From assembly GCF_000025945.1 (NCBI RefSeq), contig NC_006138.1, positions 1,740,001 to 1,772,000 on the forward strand: a stretch of DNA of 32,000 nt, written 5' to 3'. The position numbers and the translations under genes were made by a program. A model generated the notes under the pieces. The model saw only the letters and a list, made by a program, of their open reading frames with translations, had not been told where the DNA came from and ran no database searches. The number at the start of each line of letters is the position of its first letter. The stretch's first letter is position 1. This stretch comes from Desulfotalea psychrophila LSv54 (GTDB taxonomy: Bacteria > Desulfobacterota > Desulfobulbia > Desulfobulbales > Desulfocapsaceae). Positions 18,846-26,331 of the stretch are shown here, piece by piece.

Positions 18846-19049
18846 ATGAAAAAGAACGGAACAATATTGGTGGGAATGGATCAGATCACCGCTTACGCAG
18901 GCAGAAACAAAGAGACCATCAGGCAGGCCATTGTTAGCCGTGGCTTCCCCGCAGTTAAGGTACGGGGAAGATGGGAGTCAAACAGTCAGCTCATTGAGGA
19001 GTGGCAGAGGAAGCAGATTGTTGCTGGGTGTGGGGTAACTCAACGATGA
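18846..19049 (+). CDS. Small HTH DNA-binding protein (excisionase/Nu1-like fold)
   Basis: VGMDQITAYAGRNKETIRQAIVSRGFPAVKVRGRWESNSQLIEEWQRK. Confidence 0.6.
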   Translation: MKKNGTILVGMDQITAYAGRNKETIRQAIVSRGFPAVKVRGRWESNSQLIEEWQRKQIVAGCGVTQR

Positions 19050-19058
19050 ATTAACTGG

Positions 19059-19078
19059 TTGCGGGGCTGTCTCCGCAA
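19059..19078. other. Intergenic hairpin after HTH gene
   Basis: TTGCGG (19059-19064) / CCGCAA (19073-19078), 8-nt loop; no clear U-run. Confidence 0.35.
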
Positions 19079-19112
19079 TCCATGTTCAATGACTGGTTAG
19101 AAACCTATTTTA

Positions 19113-20519
19113 CTAAATATCAAGTATCCGCAAGTTGTTTTTATTAATTCTTTCTGACCAGTATTTTGTTATCATTTCGATATGTTGATTTTCTGTAAAA
19201 GGAGTATAACTGGAAATATTCGTCAATTTATGATTTTCCTTTTCTACCATAATACGGTCTATATCTGACCAACGATATGTGTGTTTTTGGTATTCGCATA
19301 AAATTATTTTTCTAACATCATCAAAGATTGAATAGTGAAATTCATCAGTAATCAGCCTGTCTACATTTAATATTTCGCTGAGTATCATTTCTTGTTTTTT
19401 CTTACTGAATGATTTCCAATAAGTTGGGTTGATAAACCAATGATCGCTGCTATGCATCATGAATGTTTCAATAAAACATAAAATGGTGAGTGAGCTTTGG
19501 AAGTAATAATCTATAATATTTTTAAAAAAAATACTATGCACTCTATCAGCATAACAAAAAATATAGGTACAATTTTCCATTGGAATTATATTTGTCATTA
19601 AAAGCATTTTTTTTATACTTTTTTTATTACCATAGGCCAGTGCTGTGTACCCACAAAGAGAAACTGGAAATTTATGGTTAATGCAAATACCATGATTGAT
19701 TGTTGCTCTCTCCTCCTCTATTGTTTGATTATTGTATTCATTTAGTATTTGTTCGGAAAGTCTCTTAAGATAAGCTAGGCGTTTTTCGAAATCCTTTTCC
19801 ATTCCTTGAAAGCTGATCAGTAATTTGTCAATATTTTTGATATTGATTTTTGTTAATTCTTGCTCAATTCCTCGTTGTTTCAACCTATGCCTTAATATGC
19901 CTAATGCTTCTTGCTCGATTGCTGTTCTATATGTTTCTATTTGATTTTGAATTTTATCAATTTCAATATTTAACCATACGATCTCTCTGCAAATAGCCCT
20001 AAAAGTCTGTAACTGAATAAGAGAGTCTTCGTCGATTTCACCATTTTCAATAACTTGGAATATCTGTTCATGTTTTTCACAATATCCAGGAAAAGTTGAT
20101 GCGCTCTTTATACCTACAAGATTCATTGAAACTTTCAAATTTTTCGCAAATATATCAACTACGGGCTGAAGCACATGCCCTTGATCCGCTATATATTTAA
20201 GAGAATTACCTTTAGCAATAGAGTGTGATCTTTTAATACTTAGTGAATTGCAATTCGGATACACGCAACATCTTGGCCTATTTGTTATTTTTCTACTTTT
20301 ATGAGCTAATGATTTTAATAACGGTGCATAGATTTCAAATTGCTGCATCTTAAGAGAATTGTTTGCAATAAGTCGCATGATATTGTCAAATTCTTCACCA
20401 ATAATATCTGTTTCTTTCATTATTTCCGTGGGTGTCGATGTTTTAACATAAACTTCTAACAAGGTGTTATACAGGTCTGTATAACACACAATTTTGCGTA
20501 ATAGGTAGACTGTCGCCAC
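19113..20519 (-). CDS. Uncharacterised cargo protein with putative zinc-binding motif
   Basis: 468-aa ORF antisense to the structural operon; CCVYPNCNSLSIKRSHSIAKGNSLKYIADQGHVLQ...GIKSASTFPGYCEKHEQIFQVIE. Start may be internal, e.g. ATG 20420. Confidence 0.75.
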   Translation of the reverse strand: MATVYLLRKIVCYTDLYNTLLEVYVKTSTPTEIMKETDIIGEEFDNIMRLIANNSLKMQQFEIYAPLLKSLAHKSRKITNRPRCCVYPNCNSLSIKRSHSIAKGNSLKYIADQGHVLQPVVDIFAKNLKVSMNLVGIKSASTFPGYCEKHEQIFQVIENGEIDEDSLIQLQTFRAICREIVWLNIEIDKIQNQIETYRTAIEQEALGILRHRLKQRGIEQELTKINIKNIDKLLISFQGMEKDFEKRLAYLKRLSEQILNEYNNQTIEEERATINHGICINHKFPVSLCGYTALAYGNKKSIKKMLLMTNIIPMENCTYIFCYADRVHSIFFKNIIDYYFQSSLTILCFIETFMMHSSDHWFINPTYWKSFSKKKQEMILSEILNVDRLITDEFHYSIFDDVRKIILCEYQKHTYRWSDIDRIMVEKENHKLTNISSYTPFTENQHIEMITKYWSERINKNNLRILDI

Positions 20520-20640
20520 TCCACCCTCTGTAAAACTCTAACTGAGGTGATACATAAAAAAATGTTAAGCACAAGGGGTAAGCTGCTAGAGTCGCACGTA
20601 ATATGCAAAAAAAATAAGTTGTGGAGAGATGATCCACCCC
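20519..20640. repeat. Diverged direct repeat, copy A (bidirectional leader/junction)
   Basis: ctccac..tctgtaaaactctaactgaggtgatacata...aagcacaaggggtaagctgctagagtcgcacgtaatatgc...gatgatccacccc; matches 25777-25905. Confidence 0.85.
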
Positions 20641-20790
20641 GATCAGTTCAGTAAACTCCTCAAGGAAAAGGGGATCAACGTCCAGAAGGTGGGCGGGGTT
20701 GTCTACCTCTGTGGCTACACCCTCTCAGGCGAGTTTCTGGAGTCGGTTGGGAAAGGGGTGTGGGGCAGGTGGTTTGCCTGCTCCGCATAA
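20629..20790 (+). CDS. Small phage protein (53 aa), not in supplied ORF track
   Basis: Manual translation MIHPDQFSKLLKEKGINVQKVGGVVYLCGYTLSGEFLESVGKGVWGRWFACSA*; gtggagag upstream. A truncated counterpart MIHPPLGSM* lies in the second repeat copy. Confidence 0.45.
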   Translation: MIHPDQFSKLLKEKGINVQKVGGVVYLCGYTLSGEFLESVGKGVWGRWFACSA

Positions 20791-20934
20791 AAAAGATTCT
20801 TTGGCGTGTTTCTGTAGATGCGTAAAGCTAAGCTCACTGGCGGCTTTAATGAAAGTGGATTAACGATGAATCTTTATTGAAATTTTGGAAAAAGCTCCCT
20901 TGGACGCCCATTGCCGTCCGTGTGTATGCTGTCG

Positions 20935-21639
20935 TTAAGTGCCAGATATTGTATGGTAAATGATTTCTGAGGTTAGCTTGTTAAATTCTAAACAAGTGTC
21001 TCTGTCAACATTATCGTCATATCTTCTAAATAAACGCTCTCCTTCATCCAAAGACAATTTTTTTCCACCATATATTAATGGAACAATATAATACTCTGTA
21101 ATCTGTTCATCAAAAGCATTTTTATAACGGACTTTTAGATAACGTCTCAAATTGATAAAACAACTTTCATCGTTTTTCTGGCAGATCCCACTATATTGCT
21201 CATCAAGTTGAGACAGTTGAAGATTATTGTTTTTTCCAAAAATGGTTGCAAGTAACCCACTCCCTTTTGCCGTCATGTAACCTGCACGATAATAACCAAT
21301 TAGAGAGTAAGTTTTTTTCTTTTGCACATTTGGTGTTTTAGATAACTCAATATCTATAAGAACTAATGAATTATAGTGAAAATCAGAGATTATAAAACCA
21401 TTGTTCTCAATGAATATTTTATCCTCTGAATATATACCAGGTATATCATCCTTTAGTTGTTTTGCAGAAATAGTAAAAACAGGTGATATTTGTTTTTTTG
21501 CAATTTTGGTTTGGACATTTAGCAATTTTGTCTGTTCTTTTGAAATTGAACATTGGCTAAATGAAACTAATATCGCCATAATTGCCAATACAGTAGCTGT
21601 CACCGTTTGAAGGTAGAATTTCACATTTTCTTTGTTCAT
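20935..21639 (-). CDS. Single-TM membrane-anchored protein, unknown function
   Basis: 234-aa ORF MNKENVKFYLQTVTATVLAIMAILVSFSQCSISKEQTKLLNVQ...; N-terminal TM segment, directly downstream of the KAP gene on the same strand. Confidence 0.65.
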   Translation of the reverse strand: MNKENVKFYLQTVTATVLAIMAILVSFSQCSISKEQTKLLNVQTKIAKKQISPVFTISAKQLKDDIPGIYSEDKIFIENNGFIISDFHYNSLVLIDIELSKTPNVQKKKTYSLIGYYRAGYMTAKGSGLLATIFGKNNNLQLSQLDEQYSGICQKNDESCFINLRRYLKVRYKNAFDEQITEYYIVPLIYGGKKLSLDEGERLFRRYDDNVDRDTCLEFNKLTSEIIYHTISGT

Positions 21640-21649
21640 ATTTTTTATA

Positions 21650-21720
21650 CTTAATGCCGTGCTCTGTGGTAAATTTGTAGTGCAGCGGGAAATTTGTCCG
21701 ACAGCAGTGCTTTGTTAGAT
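21650..21720 (-). repeat. attC-like imperfect palindrome between KAP gene and the downstream TM gene
   Basis: Minus strand: ATCTAACAAAGCACTGCTGTCGGACAAATTTCCCGCTGCACTACAAATTTACCACAGAGCACGGCATTAAG(T); 5' ATCTAAC fits RYYYAAC, 3' ATTAAGT is one mismatch from GTTRRRY. Confidence 0.4.
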
Positions 21721-24000
21721 TTGTGGCCAATCATCTTCGATGCCTTTTTCTCTTTGTTTTAAGGCAGCTGTGAAAAGTTTTATTGCTTCTTTGCCTTGTG
21801 CATCCATTTTTTGTTCATCGATATTACTTATTGCACTGGCAATTGGTTCGACTTCGATAAAGTTTTCTATGTCTTTCAGCTTTATATAGCTAGTAATTTT
21901 TGCTACAGAATCTTCCATTGTTTGAGAAGAAGAGTTATTAACGAATCCTTTAAGCAAATTGACACATCCATCTGCGTTTGCTGTCTGGGCTTTTAGCCAC
22001 GCAACGACCTTGTCTTCCTCCCCCCAGCGTTTCCATCTGTATAGGAAAGAAACTAGATGCTCATGTGTTATAAGCATCTCTGGATTAGTTTCAGACATAC
22101 GGTCCAATTTATGTACGAATTCTTGTTTGATCTCCTCAAATTCGTTATCCAGCAACAGAATTTTTGTTTCCGAATTCTCTCGACTATTTTCATCATGTTG
22201 TAAAATGTTCTCAACAATAGAAATACCATCTGAATTTTGGAAGCATCTCAACAATAATTGACCCCTTTCTTTACTATTGTCAACTCTCCGAAGGAAACAA
22301 ACAGCTAATTGTACTGCATGCATATTGGAGCTGGACATGGTAAAACCCATATATTTATGGTCGACTTTATCGCCTATATCAATTAGTGCTTTGATATAAC
22401 TGTAGCCATCTCCTAAAGGGATCTCATCAGTAAATGATTCAAATTGAGATAGAGCATTTTTTAGTATCCCACGTTCCATTAACAATAGAATAAATGATGA
22501 AAAACTCTCAGAGTCCGATGTGCGCGAAAGCATGTCTCTAAGATCTGAATTAGAAAGCTCACCTTTGGGAATTGAAAACTGAAAGTATTTATTGAAATTT
22601 GAGGGATGACATACTCGCATCTCTCGTAACCATCTCTTGCTAAAACAATCGGCATATTGTCTGCCATTAAGAGCCCATTCAATTGCAGGAAATAGCTGCT
22701 TTATCAGTTCTCTTACATGTTCTCTTTTATTTGTACTTGCCTTATCTAAAATTCCATTGATCAGAGAAGTTATAGCTTCCCTACTTTTTTTATCCCCGCT
22801 ATAACTACTTTTCGTAAATATATCTTTTGACCGGGCTATTTCTTTATATATTTCAGGTTCAAATATTCTTATACATTCAATTGCTATAAGATCGACGGGG
22901 TTAACCTCAAATACAGATTTACCCTTCAATAACGAAAAATGAAATGAAAGTGTTGATGTATAACGATACACGTTCCTCAAATTGTCGAAGTAAGCATGTA
23001 ATGCCCCACGAAAAATATTGCCCCAGCGCCCAGAATCAAACATTTCTGCTGCAGATTTATCTTGTTTAATAACTTGATCAATTCTACTGAACAACAAATC
23101 ATGAAGGAGTGTAACTTCAATTTTTGGAATATCAAAAGGGACTTGTATGATTTTTTCTAAATAGTCACGACCTAACTGTTTACCATCAGTTAATTTCTCT
23201 TCTACTAAATCACGCTGGAAAAGAAGAAGAAAAACCACTTTAGGAAACTCAAGGTTTGCCTTAACAAGCTGAAATACCATTCTTAGTTGGCCGGGCGTAA
23301 GTCGATCCAAATCATCCATAACTACAATCAATGATGATGCTCTTTCTGACAATAGAGATGTTAGCTCTTGTCTAATGTCACTTAAGCTTTGCTCCTTTTC
23401 TTTTGCTGTTGCCTCAGCATTACCACTAAGTTTGTTTAGTAGTCCTTTTCCCCACTTGAGGGCTGCTGCCCAAGCTGCCAATAGGCCTAAAATAGCTGTG
23501 CTAACCGTTTTTACCCAAGATTCACCAGAGAAGTTCCCCCCAACCCCTACCAGGGTAGCTAAAATAAATAGTGTTGGTAGAGCCGCTGAGAGGCCTGTAA
23601 CTAGAGATTCTCCAGTATTTAAGTATCTGCCATACTTTTTAAGCGTTGCGGACAGTTTTTTTCCTGACTTACTTTTATCTATTCGACCTATTGATTTTGA
23701 TATTTCTTGAAAAAACGAAGCTGTAATTTTATCTTGAGCTGCCCATTCCCAAGGAGAAAACTCGACAACATCCGGTCTGTTCTCAGTTAGGCTTTTTAGG
23801 TTAGCTACAGCCATATTTTTAATGGATGATTTTCCTGACCCCCAATCACCATGTAGGGCAACGACAAGACTGTCTTTTCCATGCCATCCAGCGATTGCAT
23901 CTGCCAAATCTTTAGAAAATTTGGATCGGCCTAGTAAATCTTCTTTTATTTTTAGGATTGGTCTATCGGAAGCAAATCCATGTACGTCTTGTGAATCCAT
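21715..24000 (-). CDS. KAP-family P-loop NTPase with integral TM segments
   Basis: LHGDWGSGKSSIKNMAV (Walker A), VVEFSPWEWAAQDKITASFFQEIS, SLIVVMDDLDRLTPGQLRMVFQLVKANLEFPKVVFLLLFQRDLV (Walker B/KAP), hydrophobic segments LSAALPTLFILATLVGV and VSTAILGLLAAWAAAL. Confidence 0.9.
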   Translation of the reverse strand: MDSQDVHGFASDRPILKIKEDLLGRSKFSKDLADAIAGWHGKDSLVVALHGDWGSGKSSIKNMAVANLKSLTENRPDVVEFSPWEWAAQDKITASFFQEISKSIGRIDKSKSGKKLSATLKKYGRYLNTGESLVTGLSAALPTLFILATLVGVGGNFSGESWVKTVSTAILGLLAAWAAALKWGKGLLNKLSGNAEATAKEKEQSLSDIRQELTSLLSERASSLIVVMDDLDRLTPGQLRMVFQLVKANLEFPKVVFLLLFQRDLVEEKLTDGKQLGRDYLEKIIQVPFDIPKIEVTLLHDLLFSRIDQVIKQDKSAAEMFDSGRWGNIFRGALHAYFDNLRNVYRYTSTLSFHFSLLKGKSVFEVNPVDLIAIECIRIFEPEIYKEIARSKDIFTKSSYSGDKKSREAITSLINGILDKASTNKREHVRELIKQLFPAIEWALNGRQYADCFSKRWLREMRVCHPSNFNKYFQFSIPKGELSNSDLRDMLSRTSDSESFSSFILLLMERGILKNALSQFESFTDEIPLGDGYSYIKALIDIGDKVDHKYMGFTMSSSNMHAVQLAVCFLRRVDNSKERGQLLLRCFQNSDGISIVENILQHDENSRENSETKILLLDNEFEEIKQEFVHKLDRMSETNPEMLITHEHLVSFLYRWKRWGEEDKVVAWLKAQTANADGCVNLLKGFVNNSSSQTMEDSVAKITSYIKLKDIENFIEVEPIASAISNIDEQKMDAQGKEAIKLFTAALKQREKGIEDDWPQI

Positions 24001-24110
24001 ACGATCTCTCTGAAGAATCTACGTTAAGTTCACCAGCGAGCCCCAGCGAGCCCAGTGGAGTGAAACGGAGCGGTGTTAAAGGCCTTGTTAACTGATTGTA
24101 TTATGTTATT

Positions 24111-24138
24111 TGGGGAAAAGGGGAGGAATCGAACCTCC
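24111..24138 (-). other. tRNA 3'-end-like sequence (T-arm, acceptor 3' strand, CCA), no complete tRNA found
   Basis: Minus strand GGAGG-TTCGATT-CCTCC-CCTTTTC-C-CCA: perfect 5-bp T-stem, consensus-fitting 7-nt T-loop, 7-nt acceptor strand, discriminator, encoded CCA. Confidence 0.6.
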
Positions 24139-24178
24139 CTGCGCTCTCTTTTGACTGATACTATATTTTAAGGTCCAT

Positions 24179-24382
24179 CTATCTCTCATCTAGGTTGGAA
24201 AAATAGTCGTCAGACCTCTCCAGGAGCGCATTTCCAAACCAAGCGTATGCCATTTTAGAAAACCAACTAGCGTTTGCGTTTTTCATAATCACCTCAATTG
24301 CACAAGAAAAAACGTATGAAAGCAACCATTCCAACCCAAACAAGATTCCAATTTCCCATCCAATAAGTATCTTTGACGTCAA
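24179..24382 (-). CDS. Small hypothetical protein (67 aa)
   Basis: MTSKILIGWEIGILFGLEWLLSYVFSCAIEVIMKNANASWFSKMAYAWFGNALLERSDDYFSNLDER; hydrophobic N-terminal half. Short, and no further support. Confidence 0.35.
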   Translation of the reverse strand: MTSKILIGWEIGILFGLEWLLSYVFSCAIEVIMKNANASWFSKMAYAWFGNALLERSDDYFSNLDER

Positions 24383-24615
24383 ACTCTAATTATTTATCAA
24401 TCTATTTTGAATACGTTCTATACCTTTTTGGTGGTGATACCAATTTGTTGTTTAGTAAAATTACTGCTCTATAAAAGTTCTAAAAAATTTATCATGTATT
24501 TCGGTTGTTTTGAAAATACTATTGCTTTACGACTTAGCCTTATTTGCAACTTAAAATCCTGTAACTCAATGTTGCCGAGAGGCCGACAATTTTATATGTA
24601 TCCATGTCAGAACCT

Positions 24616-24640
24616 TAAAAAAGAGCACATTAAGTGTGCT
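24616..24640 (-). terminator. Rho-independent terminator downstream of DUF3800 gene
   Basis: Minus strand AGCACA-CTTAA-TGTGCT followed by CTTTTTT. Confidence 0.65.
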
Positions 24641-24658
24641 ACTTGGCACAGTGCTTTG

Positions 24659-25768
24659 TTAATCAATTTTACCAGCACGCATCGGAGCCATTAGATCCTT
24701 GAGACCTACTTCACAGTCCAACATATCATATTTTCCAGCAAGTCCGACATAAATGCTCTCACGCATATCATTTACCTTTTTTAAGTACGGCATGGTTTTC
24801 TGCGCAACAAATCCAACAAATTTTTCAAGGTCAGAGACAGAGCTAGGAATTTTATATCCATCTCGTGAGGCAGAAATTAACGCGCCATTATTTCGTAATT
24901 TTGCAATTACATTTGATCTTAGCCATCCCTTGTCTTTATTCAGTTCAATTAGACCTTCATTCTTTAGATGCTCAAGCAATGCATCACCGTATATAAATCC
25001 ATCATCTTCATCGCCAACAGAATACAGTAAATACTGTAGTGTTTCTGCTAATACACGATCTTTTTCTCTTGCCAATACTTCTTCGGCAGCATGAGTGCAA
25101 TGACGAAAGACCAGCTGATCTTCAATGCTGGTATCTACGTCAATATGGGGATCTTCTTTGGCCCTTGGCCACACGTGTACCATCCCCAATGCGGGCTTTA
25201 ATGTATCGAATGCAGATGAATCTTCCTGTTTTTCCATAAACCGACGTACCGTACCTCCAACAAAATCTGCCACCTGCAATAATTCTGACTCTATTGGTGT
25301 TGAATACTTTATTTCACGACTTGAGAACAAGTCTTGCTGAAAATGCTTGTTGATATATGGCGCGAAAGAATCCATGAAATCCTGAGAACCGTGGGTGTCA
25401 ACAACCACAATGACCTGGCTTATGCCCTTATAAATCTTTTCAAACAACCTGCGCTGACAATGCTTATAGGTTGATGATTTAAATCTAAAACCACCATTTT
25501 TGTGAAGCCGGCTCTTCATAATTATCATCACAACAAAACGAGCTCTTAATTGGCCTAGGCTTTCACATATATCTTTTCGTCGCTTTAGATTTGAACCAAC
25601 TTTTGATGACTTTAATTCTTTTCCCACGCCATGTTTATTGCGGATTTCACGAAGCAATGCGCTATCATGATCAAGGTCATTTTCGTCGTTAATTACCGCA
25701 CAGATGACATAGCAATCATCATTCAGGACTGGATCGCCCGATTCATCAATATGTATTCGTTTTCGCAT
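24659..25768 (-). CDS. DUF3800 domain protein
   Basis: MRKRIHIDESGDPVLNDDCYVICAVINDE ... KELKSSKVGSNLKRRKDICESL ... VIVVVDTHGS ... ESELLQVADFVGG; DUF3800 hallmark DESG and QxADxxxG motifs. Start set at 25768 after gtggag, rather than 25861. Confidence 0.88.
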   Translation of the reverse strand: MRKRIHIDESGDPVLNDDCYVICAVINDENDLDHDSALLREIRNKHGVGKELKSSKVGSNLKRRKDICESLGQLRARFVVMIIMKSRLHKNGGFRFKSSTYKHCQRRLFEKIYKGISQVIVVVDTHGSQDFMDSFAPYINKHFQQDLFSSREIKYSTPIESELLQVADFVGGTVRRFMEKQEDSSAFDTLKPALGMVHVWPRAKEDPHIDVDTSIEDQLVFRHCTHAAEEVLAREKDRVLAETLQYLLYSVGDEDDGFIYGDALLEHLKNEGLIELNKDKGWLRSNVIAKLRNNGALISASRDGYKIPSSVSDLEKFVGFVAQKTMPYLKKVNDMRESIYVGLAGKYDMLDCEVGLKDLMAPMRAGKID

Positions 25769-25776
25769 ATCATTTT

Positions 25777-25905
25777 CTCCACTTTCTGTAATGTCTCTAA
25801 CTGAGGTGATACACAAATATCTTGCTAAACACAAGGAATAAGCTACTAGAGTCGCACGCAATATACAGAAAGTAACTTATAAAGAAATGATCCATCCCCC
25901 TCTTG
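25777..25905. repeat. Diverged direct repeat, copy B (bidirectional leader/junction)
   Basis: ctccactttctgtaatgtctctaactgaggtgatacac...aaacacaaggaataagctactagagtcgcacgcaatatacag...aatgatccatcccc; matches 20519-20640. Confidence 0.85.
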
Positions 25906-25987
25906 GTAGCATGTAGCAAGTTCTCCTCACCCTGTTTCAAAACCCCCCCAAACGAAACACCTGTCAATAATCTTTAATAGCACGTAC

Positions 25988-26017
25988 ACGGCCATAGACG
26001 GCCATAAACGCGCATAC
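25988..26017. repeat. Three 10-bp tandem units
   Basis: ACGGCCATAG-ACGGCCATAA-ACGCGCATAC immediately upstream of the head gene block. Confidence 0.6.
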
Positions 26018-26096
26018 ACGTCTGGCGCCTAAAACAGGGTGTACTATCTCCGTATAAGTTTTGAGCTTTTTTAATAACCTCTGCGGAGAGAATCTC

Positions 26097-26330
26097 GTGG
26101 CCCCTATTGTCTGTAGTTTAGAAGAGTACCAAGCAGCACGTACAGCCAGAACCCGTCTGATAGAGGGCGCCAGGGCGGTGCGAGTGACCATCGACGGTGA
26201 CAGCACCGAGTTTACTCAGGTGAGTCTGCCCCAGCTCAACGAGACCATTGCCGGAATGCAGGCATACCAGAACTTGACCAGTGGTAATGGTGTGGTGGCC
26301 TTCAATATTCACGGCTGCAAGGGCTTCTGA
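26097..26330 (+). CDS. gpW-like head-tail joining protein
   Basis: 77-aa product from GTG 26097 (RBS ggagag at 26085-26090): APIVCSLEEYQAARTARTRLIEGARAVRVTIDGDSTEFTQVSLPQLNETIAGMQAY; position just before portal. Confidence 0.8.
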   Translation: MAPIVCSLEEYQAARTARTRLIEGARAVRVTIDGDSTEFTQVSLPQLNETIAGMQAYQNLTSGNGVVAFNIHGCKGF

Positions 26331-26331
26331 T

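Noticed and set aside
24111-24186. Complete tRNA gene
   Set aside because: Only the T-arm and acceptor 3' strand with CCA are recognisable; no matching 5' acceptor strand at the expected distance.
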